From an uncultured Vibrio sp. (GTDB lineage: Bacteria; Pseudomonadota; Gammaproteobacteria; Enterobacterales; Vibrionaceae): a stretch of DNA of 64,000 nucleotides. The position numbers and the translations under genes were made by a program. Location of the stretch: the NCBI GenBank assembly GCA_947504195.1, contig CANNGN010000008.1:12574-76573 (forward strand). The letters are read 5' to 3'. Shown in pieces: positions 44,679 to 60,968 of this stretch (positions are counted from its first letter, which is position 1; the number at the start of each line of letters is the position of its first letter). The notes beneath the pieces were generated by a model. That model was not told the DNA's origin. It did not search any database and was given only the letters and a program-made list of their open reading frames with translations.

Positions 44679-44706
44679 AGCCCGCTATTCGTAGCGGGCT
44701 TTTTTA
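44679..44706 (+). terminator. Rho-independent terminator after carB
   Basis: agcccgctattcgtagcgggct plus ttttt. It ends a 3'UTR of about 68 nt. Confidence 0.9.
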
Positions 44707-44766
44707 TTATTGAGTTATTGTTGGTGACCAGAGCTCGACTCGAGCGATAACGGTATGAAAGTAAAG

Positions 44767-45378
44767 TTAGTGATTGAAATTGAAGTTAGGTAAGGATAAA
44801 TGCCAGCGAATGGCACACAAGCGAATTACCAACGTTGAAATGAGCCCTGCTAAAATAGCGACATGCTGATGAAAGTCTAGCGCCAATGCCGTGGTGTGGA
44901 ATACTCCGCCAACAATACATGCGGTCGCGTATACTTCACTTCTGAGAACCATAGGTACTTCTCGTGCAAGTATGTCTCGAATAATACCACCACCACAGCC
45001 TGTGATTACGCCCATGACGACCGCAACCATATATGAATCTTGATAGGTAAGTGCTTTTTCTACCCCAAGACCAACGAATACTGAAAGCCCTATTGCATCA
45101 CACACTGGTAGGATCCACCATGGCAAACGCTTAGGCCGACGGACAAAAAACATTGTAAGTATGCAAGTTGTAATGATGACCCAAAGATAGCTAGTATCCG
45201 TGATCCAGAATACGGGAGTTGCACCTAAGGCAATATCACGTATGGTCCCACCACCAACCGCCGTAACACTCGCTAGAACGATGACACCGAAAGGGTCCAT
45301 ACGCAATCGGCCGGCAAGGAGAACACCTGAGATGGCAAATATAGCCGTTCCAAATAAATCGATTATATAAAGTAGCAT
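44767..45378 (-). CDS. yadS: UPF0126/TRIC-like inner-membrane protein YadS
   Basis: 203 aa. FGTAIFAISGVLLAGRLRMDPFGV and GGGTIRD/GGGIIRD repeats are collinear with E. coli YadS. Downstream of btuF as in E. coli. Confidence 0.9.
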   Translation of the reverse strand: MLLYIIDLFGTAIFAISGVLLAGRLRMDPFGVIVLASVTAVGGGTIRDIALGATPVFWITDTSYLWVIITTCILTMFFVRRPKRLPWWILPVCDAIGLSVFVGLGVEKALTYQDSYMVAVVMGVITGCGGGIIRDILAREVPMVLRSEVYATACIVGGVFHTTALALDFHQHVAILAGLISTLVIRLCAIRWHLSLPNFNFNH

Positions 45379-45453
45379 GGTGATTCCGCTTCTTTAGAAG
45401 CCTAAAGGGAAATAATAACGAGGCCGCATTGTACAAAAAAGTTATGCTAAGTG

Positions 45454-46272
45454 TTAGTGGCTTTCACGTACTACGTCTAAGTACTCACACACCTGAGTAA
45501 TGGCGTTTAACGTTCGTGGCGTTGGACGGTTAATCCAATCCGCATTGAGCATCCAGATATGTTGGTTTTTAACAGCGGGTATTGTGCTCCAATCAAACCA
45601 CATGTCCCCATTTTCCATTGCATGACGAGAGGTAAAAATGGCGTCTGGTTTTCCTAGTACCACTTGTTCGATACCAACTTGAGGGTAGGGAGCAGAGCTT
45701 GTTTCGAAAATATTAACACCGCCACAAAAACGAAATACTTCGCTGGGCCAGTTATCTTGCGCCACCGTAATGATCGGCTTTTCACTCAATTGATAAAAGT
45801 AATTTACGTTCGGTTTGTGTTGATACTCTTGTTTAAGTAACAGCAGTTGATCGCGAAACTTTTGAGCATTGCGTTGACCAATCGATGGATCATCAGCGTA
45901 TTGACTGAGTTTATCGATACTATCGGCGATGGAGTCGATGGTGGTTACTTGAGATTTATAGACTTCCACCCCTAGCTTTTCGAGCTTTTCGAGTTCTCTC
46001 ATTGGGTTGCCTGCGGGCCATGAGATAACGAGGTCGGGATTGAGAGCAAGAATACGCTCTAACTTGATACCTTGATAACTGGCGACTTTTTCTAGATTAT
46101 GTGCCTCTTCTGGGTAATCACTGTGCGCGCTTACCGCTATAATTTTATCCCCTAATCCCGCAGAAAATGCTAACTCGGTAGCATGAGGGGCAAGGGTAAT
46201 AATACGTTGATATTGGTTAGCAACGGCTGTTTGAGTTGCAAATAGAGTTAAAATAAAGATGAGTTTATGCAT
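45454..46272 (-). CDS. btuF: Vitamin B12 ABC transporter periplasmic binding protein BtuF
   Basis: 272 aa. Signal peptide, then RIITLAPHATELAFSAGLGDKIIAVS and LNPDLVISW, similar to E. coli BtuF. Confidence 0.88.
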   Translation of the reverse strand: MHKLIFILTLFATQTAVANQYQRIITLAPHATELAFSAGLGDKIIAVSAHSDYPEEAHNLEKVASYQGIKLERILALNPDLVISWPAGNPMRELEKLEKLGVEVYKSQVTTIDSIADSIDKLSQYADDPSIGQRNAQKFRDQLLLLKQEYQHKPNVNYFYQLSEKPIITVAQDNWPSEVFRFCGGVNIFETSSAPYPQVGIEQVVLGKPDAIFTSRHAMENGDMWFDWSTIPAVKNQHIWMLNADWINRPTPRTLNAITQVCEYLDVVRESH

Positions 46273-47227
46273 GAGGTACCAAACAGATGAGAGCTATAAT
46301 GATACTTTGTATTGCCAACCAATAAAGTGTTCTTTGATTAAGCAGTTTCATTACCTGTGAAATATGAATTGCTGATGGGGCAATTCGTCCGCCTAGTTTG
46401 GCTCGAACCATTTTTTTATTTTGGTAAATTGCGGGCCCGCCCATTGCTAGTTGCAATTTGTGACCAACAATAGCGAGTAGCCACCCTTGATTAGGAGAAG
46501 GCCAACCTAGCGTTTGAGTTTTAGCTTGTTGCAGTATCGTTTTACTGTTCTTACCTAGAAGAGTCAATACTAAAAATAAGCGCAAAGGTAGCCATTCTAG
46601 CACCAAGACCAAGCGAGCAGATGCTAAACCAAAGGGGCGAAACTCCGTTCTAGAAGGTGACCAAGCACGATGTAGTTCACACGCAAGGCGGTAAGTGAAT
46701 GCACCGATTCCACCACTTACTCCAAACCAAAATAGTACGCTAATCACTTGTCGACTATGACCCGAAAGCAATGTTTCACAGGTCGCTTTTCCTAACCCAA
46801 CAATTGAAAGTGTTGTTACTTGACGGTTCAGTAAAGGGGATAACTCTAATCGAGCATTGTCTTTATCTTCTTGGCTAAGAAACTGACCTATTTTGTTAGC
46901 GAGATGAAGTTGATGACGCCAGTCTAGAGCTAATAATAGCAATGCAAATTCAAAGTAGTGGGGCTCCCAAGCAAGGGTCTTTATTGCTAAAAGTAAGACA
47001 AACGCAGGAAAGAGCATTAGCCCACAAGCCAGGGTCCCAGAGATCAAATCTTGTTGATAACTACGGTGCAAATTAACTTTAGAAGCGAGCAACTGGGCAA
47101 ATTGATACCATACCCTTGCAGGGTGAGCAGCATAAGGGATAGGGAGAGCTAGATTCGCAAGCACCGCCGCCCACATAACAATTAGTGGACTAAACGTGGT
47201 AAGGATGTCGATCAGTTGTTCGCTCAT
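46265..47227 (-). CDS. CobD/CbiB-family membrane protein (adenosylcobinamide-phosphate synthase-like)
   Basis: 320 aa polytopic. Block pattern as in CbiB: ETLLSGHSRQVISVLFWFGVSGGIGAFTYRLA, FGLASARLVLVLEWLPLRL, SPNQGW..., LAMGGP. Its stop overlaps the btuF start by 8 nt (ATGCATAA). Confidence 0.7.
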   Translation of the reverse strand: MSEQLIDILTTFSPLIVMWAAVLANLALPIPYAAHPARVWYQFAQLLASKVNLHRSYQQDLISGTLACGLMLFPAFVLLLAIKTLAWEPHYFEFALLLLALDWRHQLHLANKIGQFLSQEDKDNARLELSPLLNRQVTTLSIVGLGKATCETLLSGHSRQVISVLFWFGVSGGIGAFTYRLACELHRAWSPSRTEFRPFGLASARLVLVLEWLPLRLFLVLTLLGKNSKTILQQAKTQTLGWPSPNQGWLLAIVGHKLQLAMGGPAIYQNKKMVRAKLGGRIAPSAIHISQVMKLLNQRTLYWLAIQSIIIALICLVPHA

Positions 47228-47248
47228 TTATCCCTCGTGATAGATTGA

Positions 47249-47944
47249 TTATTTTAATAGCGAAATCATTTTTAGCACCATCTCTGACGAGCTTTGAGCG
47301 GCGAGGGGTAAAAATTCATCGAATGACATCGGGGATTCTTTGTCAGCGACATCCGAGATAGCGCGAACAACAACAAATGGAACGTTAAATTGATGACAAG
47401 TCTGAGCGATGGCGGAGGCTTCCATTTCAACGGCTATCGCATTCGGGAAGTTTTGGCGAATAAAAGCTTGTTTATCGGGCGTACAAACAAAGACATCTCC
47501 GGTGCAAATTAGTCCTTTAACTGCGTGACGGTCTTCTGTCTGCTTAACAGCCTGCTCAGCTACGCTTATGAGTTTTTCGTCTGCCATAAAAGCGGCTGGC
47601 TGTCCGGCCATTTGTCCAATCTCATAGCCAAATGCGGTCACATCAGCATCGTGATGACGAACTTCAGATGAAATGACAACATCTCCCATAGTAAGAGACG
47701 ATGCAAATCCACCGGCGGAACCCGTATTAATAATGACATCAGGTTGGTAGTTATCAATCAATAGCGTAGTACCAAGCGCCGCAGAAACCTTTCCAATTCC
47801 AGATTGCAGTAGTACAACATCAACACCATCTATTTGACCGGAAAAGTAGTTTGCACCTGCTTTCGTTGTTTCCGAAAGGTTCTCCATGGCTGACTTTAGA
47901 ATTGCGACTTCTTTTTCCATTGCGCCGATAATACCGATCTTCAT
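47249..47944 (-). CDS. mtnN: 5'-methylthioadenosine/S-adenosylhomocysteine nucleosidase
   Basis: 231 aa. [31 protein letters not shown]. Pfs/MtnN family. Confidence 0.96.
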   Translation of the reverse strand: MKIGIIGAMEKEVAILKSAMENLSETTKAGANYFSGQIDGVDVVLLQSGIGKVSAALGTTLLIDNYQPDVIINTGSAGGFASSLTMGDVVISSEVRHHDADVTAFGYEIGQMAGQPAAFMADEKLISVAEQAVKQTEDRHAVKGLICTGDVFVCTPDKQAFIRQNFPNAIAVEMEASAIAQTCHQFNVPFVVVRAISDVADKESPMSFDEFLPLAAQSSSEMVLKMISLLK

Positions 47945-48114
47945 AATGTTCTCTTTGTGTTTAATTTGAGCGTATTGTTAGAGGAAGTTTAGCACGGAAA
48001 TTTGTTAGTGGACTACTCTCGGCGCTATTTTGAATTTTGAGAAAGGAGATTGGGTCAATTAGAGTGGATATAAAGCCTAAAGGGCGGTTACTTGTTGATA
48101 AATTGAATATTATT

Positions 48115-48143
48115 TAGCCTTGGGTACTAGGCACCCAAGGCTA
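48115..48143 (-). terminator. Hairpin terminator downstream of gltD (pair 1)
   Basis: tagccttgggtactaggcacccaaggcta has an 11-bp GC-rich stem, 10 nt after the stop. The trailing U-tract on the minus strand is weak (aaataatatt). Confidence 0.6.
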
Positions 48144-48152
48144 ATTTTATGG

Positions 48153-54046
<5,894 letters not shown>

Positions 54047-54332
54047 TGCAATTCTCCTTTTGCTAATCTGTTATAACACAGTAAGTGACTAACTATTCTT
54101 ATTTCTCGCTATTATTGAGTTTATATGCACTTATTGAGCGTATAAATGCGAGTTGCTTGTCTTATCATGACCACCTAAGCTAGAGCTAAAGTGACAAAAC
54201 GTCAAGAGAATCATGCTGACTTGTTGCATAAGTTATTGATTTGTTAACGAGAGTGTTACTCAAATATTTTATGCTGAGCGGAGTCGTAGGAAAAATGATA
54301 GAGGATTTATAGTTAGGAGCATCCGTCAGACG

Positions 54333-54370
54333 GAAAAATAAAAGGTCAGTCGCGAGCGACTGACCTTTAG
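54333..54370 (-). terminator. Rho-independent terminator after gltD-2, separating the two glt operons
   Basis: Minus-strand reading: aaaggtcagtcgctcgcgactgaccttt followed by tatttttcc. 12-bp stem. Confidence 0.85.
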
Positions 54371-54418
54371 GTGATGCTATTAATGTTCGCTTAATAAGTT
54401 ATCAAGCAGAGTCGACAT

Positions 54419-55888
54419 TTAGTTAGATAACATTAACGAATCTGCTTTCGCTTCTAAGTTAGTATTACCCATTAGGTATTCATCGACAGCACGAGCACAT
54501 TCTCGACCTTCGTTAATACAACGTACGACTAAAGATTGGCCTGTTCTCATGTCACCTGCGGCAAAAACACCCGCTTGGTTGGTCTGGAAATCTTTGGTTG
54601 CAACATTGCCTCGGTCATCGAGTTTGATGTCAAGTTGAGCAAGAGTCCCATGTGGCTCTGGGTGTAAGAAACCCATAGCCAAGAACGCCATGTCACAAGG
54701 GATAACACGTTCCGTATTTTGGATTTCACAGAAGTTAGGGCGAACACCTGGTTCAGCTTCTTCCCATTCGATATCGGCGATACGAAGGCCTTTAACATTG
54801 CCATTGTCGTCGCTGATAAATTCTTTGGTAAGAATGTTCCAGTGACGCTCACACCCTTCTTCATGAGAAGTAGAAGTACGCATAATCATTGGATACTGAG
54901 GCCAAGGCATATTCGCAGTACGCTTTTCCGGTGGTACTGGCATGATCTCAACTTGAGTGATACTTGCTGCACCATGACGGTTGGAGGTTCCCACACAGTC
55001 AGAGCCGGTATCACCTCCACCGATGACGACGACGTGCTTACCTTCTGCATAAATTTCTTCGGTCTTTAAGTCCATATTATTAGCACGGCGATTGTTTTGA
55101 CCTAAAAATTGCATCGCAAAATAAACGCCATTGAGTTCACGTCCCGGGATTGGTAGATCGCGAGGAACTGTAGATCCGCCAGTCAGCAATACAACATCGT
55201 ATTCTTGACGTAATTGCTGAGCATTTATGTCGACACCGATATGAGCGTTAACAACAAACTTAATACCTGCCTCTGTCATCAAATTGATTTTACGATCAAT
55301 GACATCCATTCCCAGTTTAAAGTCAGGAATACCAAAACGGAGTAGGCCACCGACTTTTTCATCACGCTCATACACAGTTACGGTATGACCAGCACTGTTT
55401 AACTGCTCTGCAGCAGATAAACCAGCAGGACCAGAACCAATGATAGCAATGGTTTTTCCAGTACGGCTACGTGGCGTTTTCGGTTGTGCATAACCTTCAC
55501 GGTAAGCAGTCTCAACGATGGTTTTCTCAATGTTACAGATAGTGATTGGATCTTGGTTGATACCAAGAACACAAGCAGTTTCACATGGTGCAGGACACAC
55601 TCGACCTGTAAATTCAGGGAAGTTATTGGTCGAGCTCAGAATGTCCCAAGCTTCTTCCCAACTGTCGCGATAAACCGCGTCATTGAATTCTGGAATGATG
55701 TTACCAATTGGACAGCCGTTGTGACAAAACGGCACACCACAATCCATGCAACGAGAAGCTTGGGTATTTATTTTTTTACCAAACTCTTTGTTGAGGACGA
55801 ATTCTTTATTGTCTTGAATACGTACCGAAGGTTCTACTTTACTTGGTAGTTCACGGCCGTGTTCTAAAAATCCAGTAGGCTTACCCAT
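54419..55888 (-). CDS. gltD: Glutamate synthase small-subunit paralogue (pair 2; Bacillus/eukaryote-like 490-aa class)
   Basis: 489 aa. [15 protein letters not shown]..., Cys clusters CMDCGVPFC and [27 protein letters not shown]. Clearly different in sequence from pair 1. TAATG overlap with the upstream large subunit. Confidence 0.9.
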   Translation of the reverse strand: MGKPTGFLEHGRELPSKVEPSVRIQDNKEFVLNKEFGKKINTQASRCMDCGVPFCHNGCPIGNIIPEFNDAVYRDSWEEAWDILSSTNNFPEFTGRVCPAPCETACVLGINQDPITICNIEKTIVETAYREGYAQPKTPRSRTGKTIAIIGSGPAGLSAAEQLNSAGHTVTVYERDEKVGGLLRFGIPDFKLGMDVIDRKINLMTEAGIKFVVNAHIGVDINAQQLRQEYDVVLLTGGSTVPRDLPIPGRELNGVYFAMQFLGQNNRRANNMDLKTEEIYAEGKHVVVIGGGDTGSDCVGTSNRHGAASITQVEIMPVPPEKRTANMPWPQYPMIMRTSTSHEEGCERHWNILTKEFISDDNGNVKGLRIADIEWEEAEPGVRPNFCEIQNTERVIPCDMAFLAMGFLHPEPHGTLAQLDIKLDDRGNVATKDFQTNQAGVFAAGDMRTGQSLVVRCINEGRECARAVDEYLMGNTNLEAKADSLMLSN

Positions 55889-58800
55889 TATACTGCCTCC
55901 GTTTGTTGTTGCTGTGCTGCTTCTGCCTTACGTTGAAGAAGGACACGTTTATAGTCACGTGGCATAACTTTTACCATCGACTTGAGGTTGTCTTCAAAGC
56001 TAGTAAGGAATGATTGTGCAACTTCACTTCCTGTGAATTCAACGTGCTTAGTTAACATCTCTTTAAGGAGATCTTTGTCTTCTTGCTCAAGCGCGTCAAG
56101 GTCGACCAATTCAGGGTTGAGTTTGGTGTTGAAGTCACCAGCTTTATCCCAAACGTAAGCAATACCACCACTCATACCTGCGGCAAAGTTACGACCAGTT
56201 GAACCAAGGATGACCGCAATACCACCTGTCATATATTCACAACCGTGATCACCGACACCTTCAACTACTACTTTGGCACCTGAATTTCGAACACAGAAAC
56301 GTTCGCCAGCTTTACCACGGATGTAGGATTCACCAGAGGTTGCACCGTAGAAACAGACATTACCAACAACAATGTTGTCTTCAGCCACTAAAGAGGATTT
56401 CGCGTCAGGATAAAGAACGATCGTACCACCGGATAACCCTTTACCCCAATAATCGTTGGCATCACCTTCGACTTCAAACTTCACGCCTTTCGCTAAGAAC
56501 GCTCCGAATGATTGCCCTGCAGAGCCATTGAATTTCACATTTAGAGGCTGTGGTAGTCCTTGGTCTTTGTATACTTTCGATATTTCATTCGACAGCATGG
56601 TACCCGTACTACGGTCGGTATTGATGATAGGGAATTCACCATTTACCGCTTCACCACGCTCTAGTGCTGGAGTCGCAAGTTCAATCAACTTACGGTCGAG
56701 AATATCATCAAGACCATGATTTTGATTTGTCTGACAGTACACGCCGTCTTCTGCACGAGCTTGCTCGATGTATAGAACAGGTGAAAGATCAAGGTTACGG
56801 TATTTCCAGTGATTGATGTTATCGCGCACTTTCAGTTTATGTGCTTGACCAACCATTTCATCAACACTGCGGAAACCAAGTTCAGCCATGATTTCACGTA
56901 GGCCTTCAGCCATATAATTAAAGAAGGTCACAACATCTTCAACACGACCATCAAAACGCTCACGTAAAGTCTTGTTCTGAGTTGCAATACCCACAGGACA
57001 GGTATTCTGATGACATTTACGCATCATGATACAGCCTTCAACTACAAGAGCTGCTGTTGCAACACCCCATTCTTCTGCACCAAGTAACGTCGCAATCGCG
57101 ATATCACGAGGTGTTTTCATTTGGCCATCGGCTTGGACAACGATACGGTTACGCAGACCATTTTTCAGGAGTGTCTGGTGCGTTTCTGCTAGACCTAATT
57201 CCCAAGGAAGGCCGGTATGACGAATCGATGACATCGGTGATGCACCTGTTCCTCCGTCGTAACCCGCAATCAGGACAACATCCGCTTTGGCTTTTGCCAC
57301 ACCAGAGGCGATAGTACCGACGCCTGCTTCGGAAACGAGTTTGACGTTTACTCGGCCAACACGGTTAGCGTTTTTCAAATCGTAGATTAGCTGAGCTAAA
57401 TCTTCGATAGAATAGATATCGTGGTGTGGTGGTGGAGAAATAAGTCCGACCCCTGGGGTTGAGTGACGCGTCGCGCCAATCCAGTCGTCGACTTTATCAC
57501 CAGGAAGTTGACCACCTTCACCAGGTTTCGCGCCCTGAGCCATCTTAATCTGAATTTCATCAGAGTTCGTTAGATAGTATGACGTTACACCAAATCGTCC
57601 AGATGCAACTTGCTTGATAGCAGAACGTTCTGAATCGCCATTCTCTTTTGGAGAGAAACGAATAGGGTCTTCACCACCTTCACCAGAGTTTGACTTCGCG
57701 CCAATGCGGTTCATTGCCACTGCAAGCGTAGAGTGAGCTTCGTGAGAAATCGAACCAAATGACATTGCACCAGTCGCAAAACGTTTAAGGATGTTTTCTA
57801 CTGGCTCAACATCTTCCAACGGAATTGATCCTGCTGGATTCTTAATAAAGTCCAATTGGCTACGTAATGTAACGGCTTTATCACCTTGAGTATCCACTGC
57901 ACTTGTGTACTTCTTAAATTGAGCAAAGTCTTTGTTGCGCGTCGACTGTTGCAGCAAGCTAATGGTTTCAGGGTTGAATAAGTGCTGTTCACCACGTTGT
58001 TTCCATTGATATACACCACCGACATCGAGCGTTTTAAGTGGGATTTCACGTAGTGGGTAACCAACACGGTGACGGACTAAGACTTCCGTCGCAATGTCGT
58101 CTAGAGTTAGACCTTGAATACGCGAAACAGTACCGGTGAAATATTTATCTACTACGGATTTGCTGATTCCAAGTGCTTCAAAAATCTGAGCGCCATGGTA
58201 TGACTGCAATGTTGAAATACCCATTTTCGAGAATATTTTCAACAGACCCATATTGACGCCTTTACGATAGTTATCGAATAAGTCATTAAGAGGGGTATCA
58301 GCATCGAGCTTCTTGCGACGTTGAAGATCAACAATCGTTTCAGTAACGATATATGGGTTAACTGCATTTGCACCGTAACCAATGAGTGTTGCGAAGTGGT
58401 GCGTTTCACGAGCATCACCAGTCTCTACAACAATGCCACATTTCGCACGTAAACCACGACGAATAAGGTGGTGGTGTACAGCGCCAACAGCAAGCATCGC
58501 TGGAATAGCTGCATGGTTAGAGTTCGCTGAACGGTCAGTTAATAGGATGATAGAGTAACCGTCGGTCACTGCATCTTCTGCGTATTGGCAAATACGTTTT
58601 AAGGCGCGTTGCAATTTGCCTTGATCACCATTGGCTTGGAATACAATGTCCAATGTTTTCGCTTGAAGGTGCTCGTTATCGATAGCTCGAAGTTTTTCAA
58701 GCTCTTGGTTCGAAATAACCGGAGAGTCCAGTTCAACCTTACGACAGTGTGCTGGTGATTCTGCAAGCAGGTTTTGCTCTTTACCTATGTAGGTTTTCAG

Positions 58801-60429
58801 CGACATTACCATACGCTCACGAATCGGATCGATAGGCGGGTTTGTCACCTGAGCAAATAACTGTTTAAAGTAATGAGATAGATGTTGAGACTGATGCGAT
58901 AAAACCGCTAGAGGCCAGTCTGCCCCCATTGAACCTAATGGCTCATAACCAGTTGCTGCGAGTGTTTTAATGATGTCATTAACTTCTTCACTGCTCACAC
59001 CGAACGCTTGTTGACGGTGCAATAAACGTTCTGGTTTTGGTTGGCTGTGGCCGGTGTCAGCATCAGGTAATTCACGCATGCGAAGTAGGTTGTCTTTCAC
59101 CCATTTCTCATACGGTTGCGAGTTTGCGATAGAATCTTTTACTTCATCATCAGAAATGATTCGACCTTCTTCAAGATCGGCAACAAAGATACGACCAGGT
59201 TGGAGACGACCACGATACTCAACGTTCTCAGGATCGATATCAACCGCACCAGTTTCTGATGCCATGACGAGGAAATTGTCCTTAGTCACGGTATAGCGAG
59301 ATGGGCGTAAACCGTTTCGGTCTAGAGTTGCCCCTACTGTAACACCATCGGTAAAACATACTGATGCAGGGCCATCCCACGGTTCCATAATGTTGGCGTG
59401 ATATTGGTAAAACGCACGACGTTTTGGATCCATGTTTTTATTTTCTTGCCATGCTTCAGGAATCATCATCATAAGAGCATGTGGCAATTTACGCCCAGAA
59501 AGAACCAATAACTCTAGAGCCATATCGAAGTTCGATGAATCTGAACTGCCTTCTTGACAAATCGGCAGCAACATATCGATTTCAGCTTTAGTGAACAATT
59601 CTGATTCTAGAATCGCTTCACGTGCTTTCATCCAGTTCAAGTTACCGCGAACAGTGTTGATTTCACCATTGTGAGCGATATAACGGAAAGGTTGAGCCAA
59701 ACGCCATCTTGGGAATGTATTGGTAGAGAAGCGAGAGTGAACGAGAGCCAATGCAGAAACCATCGTTGGGTTCTGAAGATCTAGGAAGTATTGAGGCACC
59801 TGCTCAGTTGTTAACTGACCTTTATATACCAATGTTTTGTAAGACATTGAGTTAATGTAAAACTCATCGGCAATATTAGAGATACTTTCTAGACATACGC
59901 GGACAGTATAGTTACGTAATACGTACAGTTTACGTTCTAACTCTTCTGGCGTAACACCAGGGCCACCAGAGATAAACACATGCTCAAATTGAGGCTCTGT
60001 GCTTAGCGGATCGGCACCTAACATAGAGTTGTCGGTCGGCAATACTCGATAGCCTAAAATTTCTAGCTCTAAACGCTTAGCATTGCGTTCTAGAATATCA
60101 CGACACTGATCGCGCTTATATTCGTCTTTCGGGAATAAAACGACACCGACACCGTACTTCTCAAATGATGGAAGCTTAATGCTAAGTTTTACCGCTTCTT
60201 CAAGAAGAAATTCATGAGGCTTCTGTAAAAGAATACCTGCACCATCACCACTACAAGGATCACAACCTTGACCGCCACGGTGTTCCATGCGCGCTAGCAT
60301 TTCCAATGCTTGAGTGACGACCTCATGAGATTTACGATTCTTCAGATGAGCGACGAAACCGATACCACAAGCATCATGCTCCAATTCTGGAGTATATAGT
60401 CCTTGTGAATTCTGCTCTCTATCTAACAT
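55888..60429 (-). CDS. gltB: Glutamate synthase large-subunit paralogue (pair 2)
   Basis: The track ORF begins at GTG 60459. ATG 60429 is preceded by GGAAGGA and gives MLDREQNSQGLYTPELEHDACGIGFVAHL (Ntn Cys). All GltB domains are present (SGEGGED, PPPHHDIYSIEDL, GXGXG beta-helix). 1513 aa. Confidence 0.93.
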   Translation of the reverse strand: MLDREQNSQGLYTPELEHDACGIGFVAHLKNRKSHEVVTQALEMLARMEHRGGQGCDPCSGDGAGILLQKPHEFLLEEAVKLSIKLPSFEKYGVGVVLFPKDEYKRDQCRDILERNAKRLELEILGYRVLPTDNSMLGADPLSTEPQFEHVFISGGPGVTPEELERKLYVLRNYTVRVCLESISNIADEFYINSMSYKTLVYKGQLTTEQVPQYFLDLQNPTMVSALALVHSRFSTNTFPRWRLAQPFRYIAHNGEINTVRGNLNWMKAREAILESELFTKAEIDMLLPICQEGSSDSSNFDMALELLVLSGRKLPHALMMMIPEAWQENKNMDPKRRAFYQYHANIMEPWDGPASVCFTDGVTVGATLDRNGLRPSRYTVTKDNFLVMASETGAVDIDPENVEYRGRLQPGRIFVADLEEGRIISDDEVKDSIANSQPYEKWVKDNLLRMRELPDADTGHSQPKPERLLHRQQAFGVSSEEVNDIIKTLAATGYEPLGSMGADWPLAVLSHQSQHLSHYFKQLFAQVTNPPIDPIRERMVMSLKTYIGKEQNLLAESPAHCRKVELDSPVISNQELEKLRAIDNEHLQAKTLDIVFQANGDQGKLQRALKRICQYAEDAVTDGYSIILLTDRSANSNHAAIPAMLAVGAVHHHLIRRGLRAKCGIVVETGDARETHHFATLIGYGANAVNPYIVTETIVDLQRRKKLDADTPLNDLFDNYRKGVNMGLLKIFSKMGISTLQSYHGAQIFEALGISKSVVDKYFTGTVSRIQGLTLDDIATEVLVRHRVGYPLREIPLKTLDVGGVYQWKQRGEQHLFNPETISLLQQSTRNKDFAQFKKYTSAVDTQGDKAVTLRSQLDFIKNPAGSIPLEDVEPVENILKRFATGAMSFGSISHEAHSTLAVAMNRIGAKSNSGEGGEDPIRFSPKENGDSERSAIKQVASGRFGVTSYYLTNSDEIQIKMAQGAKPGEGGQLPGDKVDDWIGATRHSTPGVGLISPPPHHDIYSIEDLAQLIYDLKNANRVGRVNVKLVSEAGVGTIASGVAKAKADVVLIAGYDGGTGASPMSSIRHTGLPWELGLAETHQTLLKNGLRNRIVVQADGQMKTPRDIAIATLLGAEEWGVATAALVVEGCIMMRKCHQNTCPVGIATQNKTLRERFDGRVEDVVTFFNYMAEGLREIMAELGFRSVDEMVGQAHKLKVRDNINHWKYRNLDLSPVLYIEQARAEDGVYCQTNQNHGLDDILDRKLIELATPALERGEAVNGEFPIINTDRSTGTMLSNEISKVYKDQGLPQPLNVKFNGSAGQSFGAFLAKGVKFEVEGDANDYWGKGLSGGTIVLYPDAKSSLVAEDNIVVGNVCFYGATSGESYIRGKAGERFCVRNSGAKVVVEGVGDHGCEYMTGGIAVILGSTGRNFAAGMSGGIAYVWDKAGDFNTKLNPELVDLDALEQEDKDLLKEMLTKHVEFTGSEVAQSFLTSFEDNLKSMVKVMPRDYKRVLLQRKAEAAQQQQTEAV

Positions 60430-60626
60430 AGATACATCCTTCCAGTTTAATCGAGGCACATTTAGGCCAAGGGAAATAAGCCCTTAGCCTGAAAGCGCGA
60501 CCGATTTTATCATTGTTATGGTTCTAAACTAATGATGTGTCATTAGTTCGAGTCCTTTCCGTATCTCACAGAAAAATAGCGTGAGAAAAACAGTCCTTAG
60601 TGATATTTAAGTTATTATTGCTTCTT

Positions 60627-60821
60627 TTATAGAGCTTTATATAGGTGGGGATAAATATCACCGAATTTTGTGCTGGTGAAATAGGGTGAGAAATCACCTG
60701 TAACAGCATCAAAGTGTACGTATCCTACAATTTTGTTTCTATAAATTCCAACGAAAACGTCGCTTTTATCTGACATTTTTTTCGTTCGTTTAAATTGACT
60801 AGCTTTTCGTTTGTCCAGCAT
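60627..60821 (-). CDS. Orphan small ORF (64 codons; 49 from the internal ATG at 60776) upstream of gltB-2; hypothetical
   Basis: Its composition is non-repetitive and protein-like (MSDKSDVFVGIYRNKIVGYVHFDAVTGDFSPYFTSTKFGDIYPHLYKAL). There is no clear Shine-Dalgarno sequence at either start and no motif I recognise. Confidence 0.3.
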   Translation of the reverse strand: MLDKRKASQFKRTKKMSDKSDVFVGIYRNKIVGYVHFDAVTGDFSPYFTSTKFGDIYPHLYKAL

Positions 60822-60968
60822 TGGGAATTAATTCGTTTAATTTCGTATGTTTATTGATGTTTGCTAGGTTTTACAATGGGTGAGCGAGCTAAACTAGCGC
60901 CTCAAAATTGCTGAGCAGAAAAACAGCTACGTGAAGCAATGTGACTATTTATGCATTTGAGGTAATTA

